DNA of 64,000 nucleotides from a virus (taxonomy: Duplodnaviria > Caudoviricetes). A program made the position numbers and the translations under genes. Position 1 is the stretch's first letter. The number at the start of each line of letters is the position of its first letter. Shown here in pieces: positions 25,456 to 34,509 of this stretch. The DNA lies in IMG/VR virus record IMGVR_UViG_3300016472_000447, positions 11,383 through 75,382 of that record; one strand, given 5' to 3'. Under the pieces are notes generated by a model, which saw only the letters and a list, made by a program, of their open reading frames with translations, was not told the origin of the DNA and made no database searches.

Positions 25456-26360
25456 TCTATAGTTCCTTTTAGGCCTTCATCAAACGAAATCTTAGGTCTC
25501 CAACCCATATTAAATAGGCGAGTGTTATCCATCTTTCTTCTCGGAGTACCGTTGGGCTTTTCAGTATTCCAGAAAATATTTCCTTCGTAGCCGATCTCTT
25601 TCTTAATTATCTCAGAAAGATCTTTGATTGTTATCTCAGTATCAGATCCAACATTAATAAACTCTTTCTCATCATAATTTTCCATAAGGAATAGACAAGC
25701 ATCTGCTAAATCGTCGCAATGTAAAAATTCTCTAGTCGGTGTACCATCGCCCCAAGTTTCAATCTGAGGTAAATTGTTTTTCTTAGCATTATAAAACTTA
25801 TGAATCATGCCCGGTATAACATGACATTTTTCGGGATCGAAATTATCGTTGGGACCATATAGATTCGCAGGCATCAAGCTTATCGCATTAAAATTAAACT
25901 GTTTACGATAATATTCGCACATACGAAGACCGGTAATCTTCGCTAAAGCATATCCTTCGTTAGTAGGTTCTAATGGTGCAGTTAAAAGATATTCTTCCTT
26001 AATAGGTTGCGGGGTAACCTTAGGATAAATGCAAGCAGAACCTAGGAACAATAATTTTTTAACACCAGATCGATATGCAGAATCAATAACATTTGTTTGA
26101 ATCATTAAGTTATCATAGATAAAATCTGCAGGGAAGTTTGCGTTATAATTTATTCCGCCCACTTTTGCTGCAGCAAGAAACACATACTCAGGTTTATATA
26201 CATTGAAAAAATCTCGAACTGCTTCTTGATTTCTCAAATCTACTTCTTGCCTTGTTCTTAAGATAAGATTTGTATATCCTTCTGCTTGTAATTTTCTTAC
26301 AATAGCAGATCCTACCAATCCTTTATGCCCTGCGACAAATATTCTACTATTTTTTTCCAT
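25428..26360 (-). CDS. fcl: GDP-L-fucose synthase / ColC-like epimerase-reductase
   Basis: AGHKGLVGSA, AAAKVGGI, LGSACIYP, EGYALAK, MPANLYGPNDNF. Confidence 0.93.
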   Translation of the reverse strand: MEKNSRIFVAGHKGLVGSAIVRKLQAEGYTNLILRTRQEVDLRNQEAVRDFFNVYKPEYVFLAAAKVGGINYNANFPADFIYDNLMIQTNVIDSAYRSGVKKLLFLGSACIYPKVTPQPIKEEYLLTAPLEPTNEGYALAKITGLRMCEYYRKQFNFNAISLMPANLYGPNDNFDPEKCHVIPGMIHKFYNAKKNNLPQIETWGDGTPTREFLHCDDLADACLFLMENYDEKEFINVGSDTEITIKDLSEIIKKEIGYEGNIFWNTEKPNGTPRRKMDNTRLFNMGWRPKISFDEGLKGTIEWYLKNKTN

Positions 26361-26362
26361 CG

Positions 26363-26980
26363 TTATTCCTTATACTTAAAAATGTAATCATGCGGTGTAG
26401 GATTTTCTACAACATCATAACAATCTTTTAAAAGTTCTTTAATTTTATCAATCTCATTCGTTTTTTCATGAGATTCTACTAGGATAATTTTAGGTTTATA
26501 CTTTTTAAAATCAAATCCTCGTAATACATTATATTCATATCCCTCAACATCTAAAGAAAAGAAATCTATCTTTTCAACCTGGCATTCTGCAAGTATCGAA
26601 TCTAAGGTCCTTGCTGGAATTTTATATGTATAATTATATCCTTCCCAAGCATCTACTTTATTGATAGGCGAATCGAAAGTACTAGTAACTAATCCCGGAT
26701 CGCCATCATACCATCGTCTAAAATACATTTCAATTTCTGCATCGGGATAATCATAATCTACTAAAGCGCAGTTAAAATTTTTAGACAATCTTCGAGCTTT
26801 AAGACATTTCTCATAGTTTTCCGGGCTAGGTTCAATTAATATACCGTTCCAACTTCTTTCTTTCTCTAAAAATAAAGTATTACTTTGAGTGGTGCCATCT
26901 GCAGCACCCGCCTCAATATAAAATCCTGAATCATAATCAAAATATTTTTTAGCTATTCTCCTAGGATCAATACTACTCAT
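26363..26980 (-). CDS. FkbM-family SAM methyltransferase
   Basis: [21 protein letters not shown]. Confidence 0.88.
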   Translation of the reverse strand: MSSIDPRRIAKKYFDYDSGFYIEAGAADGTTQSNTLFLEKERSWNGILIEPSPENYEKCLKARRLSKNFNCALVDYDYPDAEIEMYFRRWYDGDPGLVTSTFDSPINKVDAWEGYNYTYKIPARTLDSILAECQVEKIDFFSLDVEGYEYNVLRGFDFKKYKPKIILVESHEKTNEIDKIKELLKDCYDVVENPTPHDYIFKYKE

Positions 26981-27641
26981 AATTCTTATTCCGATTACTT
27001 ACTGTAAAAACGTAATCGTGTTTGGATAATTGTTCTTCTAACCTGTAGGTATCTCCTAAATAATTTTTAATTTCTGAGATGTCTGAATGCCATTCTATTA
27101 GTAAAATTTTAGGTAAATACTTTTTAATGTTAAATCCCTGCAAAACTTCTATTTCATACCCTTCAACATCTAGTGAAAAGAAATCAATTGATTCTACATT
27201 ACACTCTTCTAATATGGAATTTAAAGTCCTTGCTAGTATATTAAATTCTGTAGTGTGGTCCATATCAGTTTGTTTCGCTAACCAATCCTTATCCTTACGT
27301 ATAGGAGAATCCTCGATTGCGGACATCAACCCCGGATCACCGTGATAAACATTTCTATGTATTACTTTTATTTTTTCATCAGGATATTCTTCAGAAACTA
27401 ATGCACAATTAAATACTTTAGAATTTTTTCGTATTTCCTTGCATCTATGATAAGCTAGAATATTTGGTTCTACTAAAATACCTTTCCAGTTTTTATAGTT
27501 TTCTAGATGCCACGTATTACTTTGCGTAAATCCATCGGCGCCGCCAACCTCTATAAAAAATCCATTATCGTAGTTTAGATATTTTTCAGTAACTTTTTTA
27601 TTAACATCTTGGAAGGATGGAGGAAACAACATTAATAGCAC
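26973..27641 (-). CDS. FkbM-family SAM methyltransferase (tandem paralog)
   Basis: [21 protein letters not shown]; shares a GDPGL motif with its neighbour. Confidence 0.88.
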   Translation of the reverse strand: MLLMLFPPSFQDVNKKVTEKYLNYDNGFFIEVGGADGFTQSNTWHLENYKNWKGILVEPNILAYHRCKEIRKNSKVFNCALVSEEYPDEKIKVIHRNVYHGDPGLMSAIEDSPIRKDKDWLAKQTDMDHTTEFNILARTLNSILEECNVESIDFFSLDVEGYEIEVLQGFNIKKYLPKILLIEWHSDISEIKNYLGDTYRLEEQLSKHDYVFTVSNRNKNYE

Positions 27642-28636
27642 TCACACATTTCTTTTACCAATGCATCAAAATCATATTCGGGTGACCAACCTAAGGCAGT
27701 CCTTGCCTTTGTAGAATCCCCCAGTAAAGTTTCAACTTCAGCAGGTCTAAAATACTTCGGATCTACTCGAACGATTTCTTGACCCGAGATTGTATCAATA
27801 CCAATCTCATCCAATCCATCTCCTTTCCACTCGATATGCATACCGAAGTAAGGTGCACATTTTTCTACAAATTCTCTAACGGAATATTGTTTACCTGTTG
27901 ATATAACGTAATCGTCAGGATTATCCTGCTGCAACATCATCCACATGGCTCGAACATAATCTTTAGCATGACCCCAGTCCCTGAGGGCATTTAAATTACC
28001 CAAGGACAGATGTTTTTGTTTACCTTTGCTGATATTATACAAAGCATCGGTAATCTTCTTAGTTACAAAATTAAATCCTCGGCGGGGGGATTCGTGATTA
28101 AAGAGAATACCTGAGCAACAGAACATATTATAAGATTCTCTGTAATTTTTTACTATCCAAAAAGCATATAACTTTGCAACACCGTACGGTGACCTAGGAT
28201 AGAAAGGAGTAGTTTCTTTCTGCGGAATTTCTTGAACCAAGCCATATAGTTCTGAAGTAGATGCTTGATATATCTTTACTTGTTTTTCCATACCAAGTAA
28301 TCTAACTGCTTCTAATAATTTTAGTGTACCTAACCCATCAACCTGTGCAGTATATTCCGGAGTTTCAAAAGAAACCTTAACATGACTTTGTGCAGCCAGA
28401 TTATAAATCTCTGTAGGTTTATATTTTTTGATAATCCCCATTAGGGAAAGAGAATCAGTTACATCGCCATAGTGTAGTTTTAATTTTGGATTAGTATATA
28501 AATGATCTATTCTGGAAGTATTAATAGAAGAACTTCTTCTAACTACCCCATGAACTTCATACCCTTTTTCCAAAAGTAGTTCTGCTAGATAAGAACCATC
28601 TTGACCAGTAATGCCAGTAATTAAGGCAATGCTCAT
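27632..28636 (-). CDS. gmd: GDP-mannose 4,6-dehydratase
   Basis: [50 protein letters not shown]. Confidence 0.96.
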   Translation of the reverse strand: MSIALITGITGQDGSYLAELLLEKGYEVHGVVRRSSSINTSRIDHLYTNPKLKLHYGDVTDSLSLMGIIKKYKPTEIYNLAAQSHVKVSFETPEYTAQVDGLGTLKLLEAVRLLGMEKQVKIYQASTSELYGLVQEIPQKETTPFYPRSPYGVAKLYAFWIVKNYRESYNMFCCSGILFNHESPRRGFNFVTKKITDALYNISKGKQKHLSLGNLNALRDWGHAKDYVRAMWMMLQQDNPDDYVISTGKQYSVREFVEKCAPYFGMHIEWKGDGLDEIGIDTISGQEIVRVDPKYFRPAEVETLLGDSTKARTALGWSPEYDFDALVKEMCECY

Positions 28637-29496
28637 TATAATCTCCTAAATTTTATAGTTTCATTATAAGACAACATCTTGTGTATTGTCTCATTAGTAA
28701 TTTTCCAATCACCTCTACTAATATATTTATTACTATTTATATCCGCACATAATACCTCTACATGATTTTTTAACATCGAAGGATTCAAACTTTCATCTAA
28801 CCAAATATTAGTGCAAAAAAGTTTTCTTAAATTTTTAGAACATAAAGCCGCAGATACTGCATAGGTACCGCACCCGGATGTCGCAAGTGCTTCTGCAGAT
28901 AATAGCACTTCTAAGGTATCTTTTTCAGATAAATTTAGTATGGGTATACTTAGTTTAGTAAATAGAGGAATGAACGGATGATTATTATCTTCAGTTATAA
29001 TTATAGTATTTCCTATATACTGAGTTTTGATTATTTCTAGATAGTAGGATAAAGGATTTTGCACAAAAGAAGGGTGAGGATTCGTAAACACATCTCCAGA
29101 TCTTAAATGTATAACCAATCCATCAAAAGGTTCTTCTACTTTACTATGATCTATCTTCAATTTTGGATAGATGTATTTTTCACAGATCAGTTTACGTTGG
29201 AAATTTAGTATATCTAAATTTTCGTTCGGAAAGTTACACTCTTTACCTTCCATGAAATAAAAATATGACCATTGGTTTTCATTGCCGGGCATCTTAGTCT
29301 CACCGAAAGGCAAAACTATATCCTCTATCATGGGATGGGGTGCCATGTCAAAATGTATTTTGTATTTTTCGCAGTAATAAATTGCATTGGAAATCTGCTG
29401 TATATTATTACCAAATCGTCCAAACCATTTAGGTAAGAATGCGCCTTGCTTGTAACCGGGTGTAGTTGCCATAATGGAAAAAGGGTGCCGAAGCAC
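28636..29496 (-). CDS. GT11-like alpha-1,2-fucosyl/colitosyltransferase-like protein (likely start 29472)
   Basis: GRFGNNIQQ and VIHLRSGD resemble the GT11 GxLGNQ and HxRRGD motifs. Confidence 0.6.
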   Translation of the reverse strand: MLRHPFSIMATTPGYKQGAFLPKWFGRFGNNIQQISNAIYYCEKYKIHFDMAPHPMIEDIVLPFGETKMPGNENQWSYFYFMEGKECNFPNENLDILNFQRKLICEKYIYPKLKIDHSKVEEPFDGLVIHLRSGDVFTNPHPSFVQNPLSYYLEIIKTQYIGNTIIITEDNNHPFIPLFTKLSIPILNLSEKDTLEVLLSAEALATSGCGTYAVSAALCSKNLRKLFCTNIWLDESLNPSMLKNHVEVLCADINSNKYISRGDWKITNETIHKMLSYNETIKFRRL

Positions 29497-29500
29497 CCTT
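29478..29500 (-). terminator. rho-independent terminator
   Basis: AAGGGTGC-TTCG-GCACCCTT followed by TTT. Confidence 0.8.
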
Positions 29501-29517
29501 GGATTAAAAGTTAATTG

Positions 29518-30687
29518 TTAAAAAGGAGCATCATCTACGAACTGGGGAGCGACAACTTCAGGCTCCTCTTCCTTCTGTCCCATCTTATTATAGAGATCAA
29601 GGAATGCGGTCTTCGTATCAGTATCGAAACGATTGATGCAATATTCAATTGCCTCTTTCTGATCATTGAAGATACTAAATGCTTGGACAATATGTAACAA
29701 CCGACGAGTACTGATAATCTCGTCTACACCCCCTTCGTCGAAAGTCTTACGAATAATCTCTGCCCAAGTGATCAACTTAGTCGCGAACTCCTCGTCCACA
29801 ACATTCAGAGTAGACATCTTGTTCAAAATGATCTTTTTCTCAGTTGCGGACGAAGGATATTCTTGTTCTACAGTAATCGGGAATCGCTCTAGGAATGCCT
29901 CATCGAGAATTTGTGCTGCGATGAACCGACCATCCTCGGTACCTTTACCCTTAGTGTTCGCCGTAGCGATAACAGTAAATCCTGAGGTCGGATGGATAAC
30001 ATCACCATTCTTTTTATTGAAGTAAGGCTTACCTTCTAGGACACTTTGAAGACACATCAATTTGTTACTACCTCGATCGATCTCATCAATAAGCAGAACC
30101 GCACCTCGACGCATCGCAGTAATAACAGGACCTTCTCGATAAGTAATATTACCATCGATCAATGTGCTACCACCGATAAGATCATCCTCATCTGTCTCGA
30201 TACTAATATTGACTCGGATACACTCTCGTTTTAGTTTAGCACAAACTTGTTCTACCATGGTGGTCTTACCATTACCCGATAGACCGGTAATGAATACAGG
30301 ATAGAACAGTTTAGATTTTACAATTTTTTCTAACTGCTTGAAGAAACCAAAAGGAACATAATCTGAACTTTGTTGCGGGATAAGATTGTCGACCTCGGTA
30401 ATCAACTTCTTTTGCCGAAGCTGAACTACCGGTGCGATCAATGCTGGTGCCAATTCTGGTGTGCTTTCCTGCACGGTAGTATTCCTCTTATCAAGATTTA
30501 AATTGTATTGTTTGCCTACCTTAATATCTCGATTCGAGAGAAGGAAGTGCGGATTAGGAAGATTCAAAGTATTCGCATACTCTAGAATGTTCTCTTTCGA
30601 AACCAAATCACCAAATTTTTCTTTGAGGCCCTGAATGAAACTTACTCGCTGAACTTCGGAATAATAAGATTTAGACACGGTAGTCAC
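29518..30687 (-). CDS. cobS: MoxR/CobS-like AAA+ ATPase
   Basis: GLSGNGKT, LLIDEID, IATANTKGKG, LDEAFLERF. Confidence 0.88.
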   Translation of the reverse strand: MTTVSKSYYSEVQRVSFIQGLKEKFGDLVSKENILEYANTLNLPNPHFLLSNRDIKVGKQYNLNLDKRNTTVQESTPELAPALIAPVVQLRQKKLITEVDNLIPQQSSDYVPFGFFKQLEKIVKSKLFYPVFITGLSGNGKTTMVEQVCAKLKRECIRVNISIETDEDDLIGGSTLIDGNITYREGPVITAMRRGAVLLIDEIDRGSNKLMCLQSVLEGKPYFNKKNGDVIHPTSGFTVIATANTKGKGTEDGRFIAAQILDEAFLERFPITVEQEYPSSATEKKIILNKMSTLNVVDEEFATKLITWAEIIRKTFDEGGVDEIISTRRLLHIVQAFSIFNDQKEAIEYCINRFDTDTKTAFLDLYNKMGQKEEEPEVVAPQFVDDAPF

Positions 30688-30708
30688 CTTTCATCATAAT
30701 ATACTATT

Positions 30709-30737
30709 ATTATATATTCAAACACTGGGGATGTCAA
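30709..30737 (-). promoter_or_regulatory. sigma70 consensus early promoter
   Basis: TGC-TTGACA-17 nt-TATAAT. Confidence 0.85.
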
Positions 30738-33046
30738 GCAATCTGTTCAATAAACTTATTCAAAAATACCCGATTCGTCAACTTACTCTTTTGCAATTTC
30801 ATAAATGCTTTCCTTAGTTCATTCTTATTTGCATTGTCCGATACGCTCATTTCATCCTCTTCAATTTCTAGATCTTTACCTGCAGGCAGGATGAAGAATT
30901 TTTTATATCCGGGGATATTCAAAGCAGCATACTTATGCTCTCTCAAAATCTTCTGTACCTTGGTGTAGTCTTCATCGTTAATACTGCCACCGCCATTATC
31001 AGAAGAATAAGCACTAATTTGTCGAGCGCTCGGTTTATTCATTAAATAGAAACCTACAACATTTGCACCAGTAGAAGCTGTTAAGATTTGCAATAATGCT
31101 GAGATAGATTTTTCCCCCGGACGCTTCAATCCCTGTATCATTGTAGATCGATCAGTAAGTACTAGATTACTTTGATCTAAATACATGAGATATGAAACTT
31201 TCAGAGAATCTACTACCACAGTATCACACTTTTCATAATCATATGCGGTTTTTTGCTCAATACCCTGAGATACTGCCTTATTTGCAGGGCCATCTCCATC
31301 TGTAAGGAAAATCGTATTAACAATATCTAGTTTGTAATTTTTCTTAAACTGCTTGGTGATTTCTATCGAGGAAATTATTGTTGCTTCTAGAGGAGTACCA
31401 TTAAGTTCGTGAATTTTATTAAAGTGAATTTTTTCTTCATCATTGTAATAGTAAGGATTATTTCTAGTACAAGAATGACCAAAATATAATAGATCCCTGG
31501 ACATTCTAGTAAAATCAGAACTATTCATTTCGCTAGAAAGATATTCTGCCAAGTAAAAGAAAGGATCATCTAAAAGGAACTCATTGGGTTTGCAGGAAAA
31601 TTTCTTATACGTCTCATTCCTCGGATCGAGAGATTTAGAATTAACAATATCTACATTGAACCATTTTTGATATCCAAATGAATTATCCGAGAACGCCAAT
31701 ACTCGGAAAGGAATACCAACCTTTTTGCAGAATAAAGCAAGCAATAAAGTCTGCTCAATAGTTGCTTTCATATTAGTATGCATAGAACCTGAGAAGTCTA
31801 CGAACATTAGCAGACCATGGGATTTGCCATTAGGTACTGTAGTAACACGCTTGAAGATATCGTCATTAAACTTATATGAGAATGCTTTCTTAACATCCAA
31901 TTCGCCAGACTTAGAAACCATCGCCCGAGCAAACTGCTTCGCATTTCTCTTCAATTCAAACTCTTTGATCAGATATGATACATACTTTTTATTTGAATCC
32001 ATAAATTTCTTATAGATCTGATCCGACTCCTCAACTGCTCTTTCTTCGAACATAGGCTGAAGGATATCTTTATTTTCATCCGTCATACTTCGATACTGGT
32101 CGTGTGTGCAAGTATAAAAATTAAAAGTTCCTAAAAGTTTCTTATATGGAACTACAATATTTTCTAATCGTACATTTGGGATATCCGCATATAGATATGG
32201 GCAGCATTTATCGTCTAAGAAACTAGATTCTTTTTCTCGGAAAAAGTTATCTGTTACTGAGTTTAAATCTTCTTCTGTTTGAGCTCCGCTAGATGCCCCA
32301 ATCTTTTCTAACAGTTCCGAGAGAGACTGCATCTCTTCATCTTCGCCACTTTCAGATGAGTCAAATTCAGCTTCCCGATTTTGCTCTCCGTCGCTGTTAG
32401 ATTCCTCATAATCATCGTAGTCATCATAATCATAATCCGAAGAATCCAAATTATCATACTTAGATGATAAAAGATCTTCTAAAATTTTCTTTTCAGTCTT
32501 ACCATATTCAAAAAGTTCTTTAGCGATATTTACGACATCGTCCCAAGTTTCAAGTTTGTCGATTCGCTCTAGATATTTTTTCTCGTTGCTTTCGAATGTA
32601 ATATTAGCATAGGAACCAATCTTATAATGAAGATTGATTCTATCAATGAGGGGGAGATGTTCGGATTCAATAATATAATCGGGACCGAAGAATTGCTTAT
32701 TAACCAATTCTTGATATGCTTTGGAGAAGCTTGGTTTAAGTCCGGGATATTTCTGTTTAATTTTCTTTTCGATGCGAGCATCTTCTACGACATTGAGATA
32801 TGTCTTAAAACCTTTGCTGCAATCTTTTACTTGATCATGCCAACCTTCTTCGGGGGTATGCAGAGCATGACTAACCTCGTGCCCCATGAGCAGATCATAT
32901 AACTCAGGGCTCATGTCCTTCCATATCGGACAGATCAGTGTGCGAGATTTGAGATCGAAATAGGCAGTCTGTACTTTACGATGCTCTATTCGAATATTTT
33001 CTGTTGCTAATAGTTTAGCTAAGATTGATTTGGAATGCGATATCAT
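30734..33046 (-). CDS. CobT-like vWA protein with N-terminal HExxH peptidase-like domain
   Basis: GHEVSHALHT, NVVEDARIE; MIDAS DFSGS...GTP...LTDG; acidic linker. Confidence 0.82.
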   Translation of the reverse strand: MISHSKSILAKLLATENIRIEHRKVQTAYFDLKSRTLICPIWKDMSPELYDLLMGHEVSHALHTPEEGWHDQVKDCSKGFKTYLNVVEDARIEKKIKQKYPGLKPSFSKAYQELVNKQFFGPDYIIESEHLPLIDRINLHYKIGSYANITFESNEKKYLERIDKLETWDDVVNIAKELFEYGKTEKKILEDLLSSKYDNLDSSDYDYDDYDDYEESNSDGEQNREAEFDSSESGEDEEMQSLSELLEKIGASSGAQTEEDLNSVTDNFFREKESSFLDDKCCPYLYADIPNVRLENIVVPYKKLLGTFNFYTCTHDQYRSMTDENKDILQPMFEERAVEESDQIYKKFMDSNKKYVSYLIKEFELKRNAKQFARAMVSKSGELDVKKAFSYKFNDDIFKRVTTVPNGKSHGLLMFVDFSGSMHTNMKATIEQTLLLALFCKKVGIPFRVLAFSDNSFGYQKWFNVDIVNSKSLDPRNETYKKFSCKPNEFLLDDPFFYLAEYLSSEMNSSDFTRMSRDLLYFGHSCTRNNPYYYNDEEKIHFNKIHELNGTPLEATIISSIEITKQFKKNYKLDIVNTIFLTDGDGPANKAVSQGIEQKTAYDYEKCDTVVVDSLKVSYLMYLDQSNLVLTDRSTMIQGLKRPGEKSISALLQILTASTGANVVGFYLMNKPSARQISAYSSDNGGGSINDEDYTKVQKILREHKYAALNIPGYKKFFILPAGKDLEIEEDEMSVSDNANKNELRKAFMKLQKSKLTNRVFLNKFIEQIA

Positions 33047-33069
33047 GTGATCTCCTCAGGCTTTTTTAT

Positions 33070-33098
33070 ATTATAAAGTCAAAGGAGATCTGTGTCAA
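33070..33098 (-). promoter_or_regulatory. sigma70 consensus early promoter
   Basis: GTGC-TTGACA-17 nt-TATAAT. Confidence 0.85.
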
Positions 33099-33129
33099 GC
33101 ACCTAGTTTACCTACTGAAAAACAATGAC

Positions 33130-33435
33130 TTACTCAGCTCGGGTGATAGCCAAAATCTTTTCTATCTGCTTCTCGATCAAGGGTACGCGATTTGGCCAAT
33201 GTATGTATTCTTTTTCGGGATTCTTCATCAAGTTTACTAGTAAAGGAAGAACTAACTTTTCCAGAGATTGCATTTTTTGTTTTGCTTCGGTCGTAGATGA
33301 ACTTTTAACTTCGGTCACAATCGGTTCTACTACATCTGCTTCATCTACAGCAGTAAAGCCAAAATCGTTACTAAGATCTAGGTATTCTAAGGGTATTTTA
33401 GACATTTTTATTTCCAGCGAGGCCCCGTCACCCAA
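33130..33435 (-). CDS. hypothetical protein (likely start 33405)
   Basis: DFGFTAVDE...PLLVNLMKNPEKEYIHWPNR. Confidence 0.6.
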   Translation of the reverse strand: MGDGASLEIKMSKIPLEYLDLSNDFGFTAVDEADVVEPIVTEVKSSSTTEAKQKMQSLEKLVLPLLVNLMKNPEKEYIHWPNRVPLIEKQIEKILAITRAE

Positions 33436-34010
33436 CCTACTAGAGCTTTTCGTGTACCCGAAGTAACGGGTGTCACCTCATGTAAAGTATAAGATGGGAA
33501 GAATGTAATTGATCCCTTCTCCTGAGGTATAGCCCACGGCTCTTTAGCATTCCATATCATAGTTTTGCCCCCCTCATATTCCGATGGATCAGATAACTGC
33601 ATGGTGAAACTGAGTTTACGCGGATATTGTCCAGATCCCTGATAAAAATGATCTATATGTTTGTCATAAAACCCACCGTCTCTGTATACAGAATACTGCA
33701 AAGACTCTATAGTATTCAGATCAAAATTAAACCAATTATTATTTGCATTCAAAGTTGCATCAGTAAGCATTCTAAACATCCATGCATTATCCTCGGTTGC
33801 AGGTATCCAAGATATTGTAGTTTTTCTAACTTCCGCATCCACCTTACCCGGAGAACTGAAATCCCCACCTATCTGTGCATCATGCAAAAATTCTTTTTCA
33901 CCCGCATCTATAATACCTTGTATCTGATCATTATCAAATACATTATTATAGTAACAATAAGCATTAACAGTATGCGTATGTAATTCCCAACGACTAGGCG
34001 CTGTTGCCAT
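33408..34010 (-). CDS. 2OG-Fe(II) oxygenase (prolyl-hydroxylase-like)
   Basis: HID (HxD), RKLSFTMQLSDPSEYEGG, FPSYTLHEVTPVTSGTRKALVGW. Confidence 0.88.
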   Translation of the reverse strand: MATAPSRWELHTHTVNAYCYYNNVFDNDQIQGIIDAGEKEFLHDAQIGGDFSSPGKVDAEVRKTTISWIPATEDNAWMFRMLTDATLNANNNWFNFDLNTIESLQYSVYRDGGFYDKHIDHFYQGSGQYPRKLSFTMQLSDPSEYEGGKTMIWNAKEPWAIPQEKGSITFFPSYTLHEVTPVTSGTRKALVGWVTGPRWK

Positions 34011-34509
34011 TTTTTGATCTCCTTATTTTCATTTCTATTTTTCGCTTTTTACCATTAGCTACATTCCATTTGATCGCAGATACCCTCTGCCTCATAGTTA
34101 TACCTAGCATATGGTCATACTCATGTAAGAATATTCTAGCAGTCAATCCTGATAGATTAATTCTTAACTTTTCACCGGTTTCATCTTGATATTCCGCAAC
34201 TATAGATTTGGGTCTTTTTACCTTAACTATAACTAAAGGAAAAGACAAACAACCCTCCTCCATAATAACTTGTTCTTTAGATTCTTCCATTATCCTAGGA
34301 TTAAATACTGTTAATTTGTATCCTTCATGACCAAGAACAAATACTTTGTAATTTAATCCAATTTGATTTGCAGACAACCCCACCCCTTGATGTTTTTCCA
34401 TTAGTTCAAACATTGTTTCTGATAATTCTTTTGGATCCGTTGAGCCATCAAAAACAAATTCTTTCGTTGGTTCATATAGTAATGGGTGAGTCGATTCTAC
34501 TAGTTTCAT
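33994..34509 (-). CDS. def: peptide deformylase
   Basis: GVGLSANQIG, EEGCLS, HEYDH. Confidence 0.93.
   Translation of the reverse strand: MKLVESTHPLLYEPTKEFVFDGSTDPKELSETMFELMEKHQGVGLSANQIGLNYKVFVLGHEGYKLTVFNPRIMEESKEQVIMEEGCLSFPLVIVKVKRPKSIVAEYQDETGEKLRINLSGLTARIFLHEYDHMLGITMRQRVSAIKWNVANGKKRKIEMKIRRSKNGNSA

Noticed and set aside
29518-30687. Cobalamin biosynthesis from the cobS/cobT labels
   Set aside because: No cobN or other cob genes are present; the pair is better read as a generic MoxR-vWA system.
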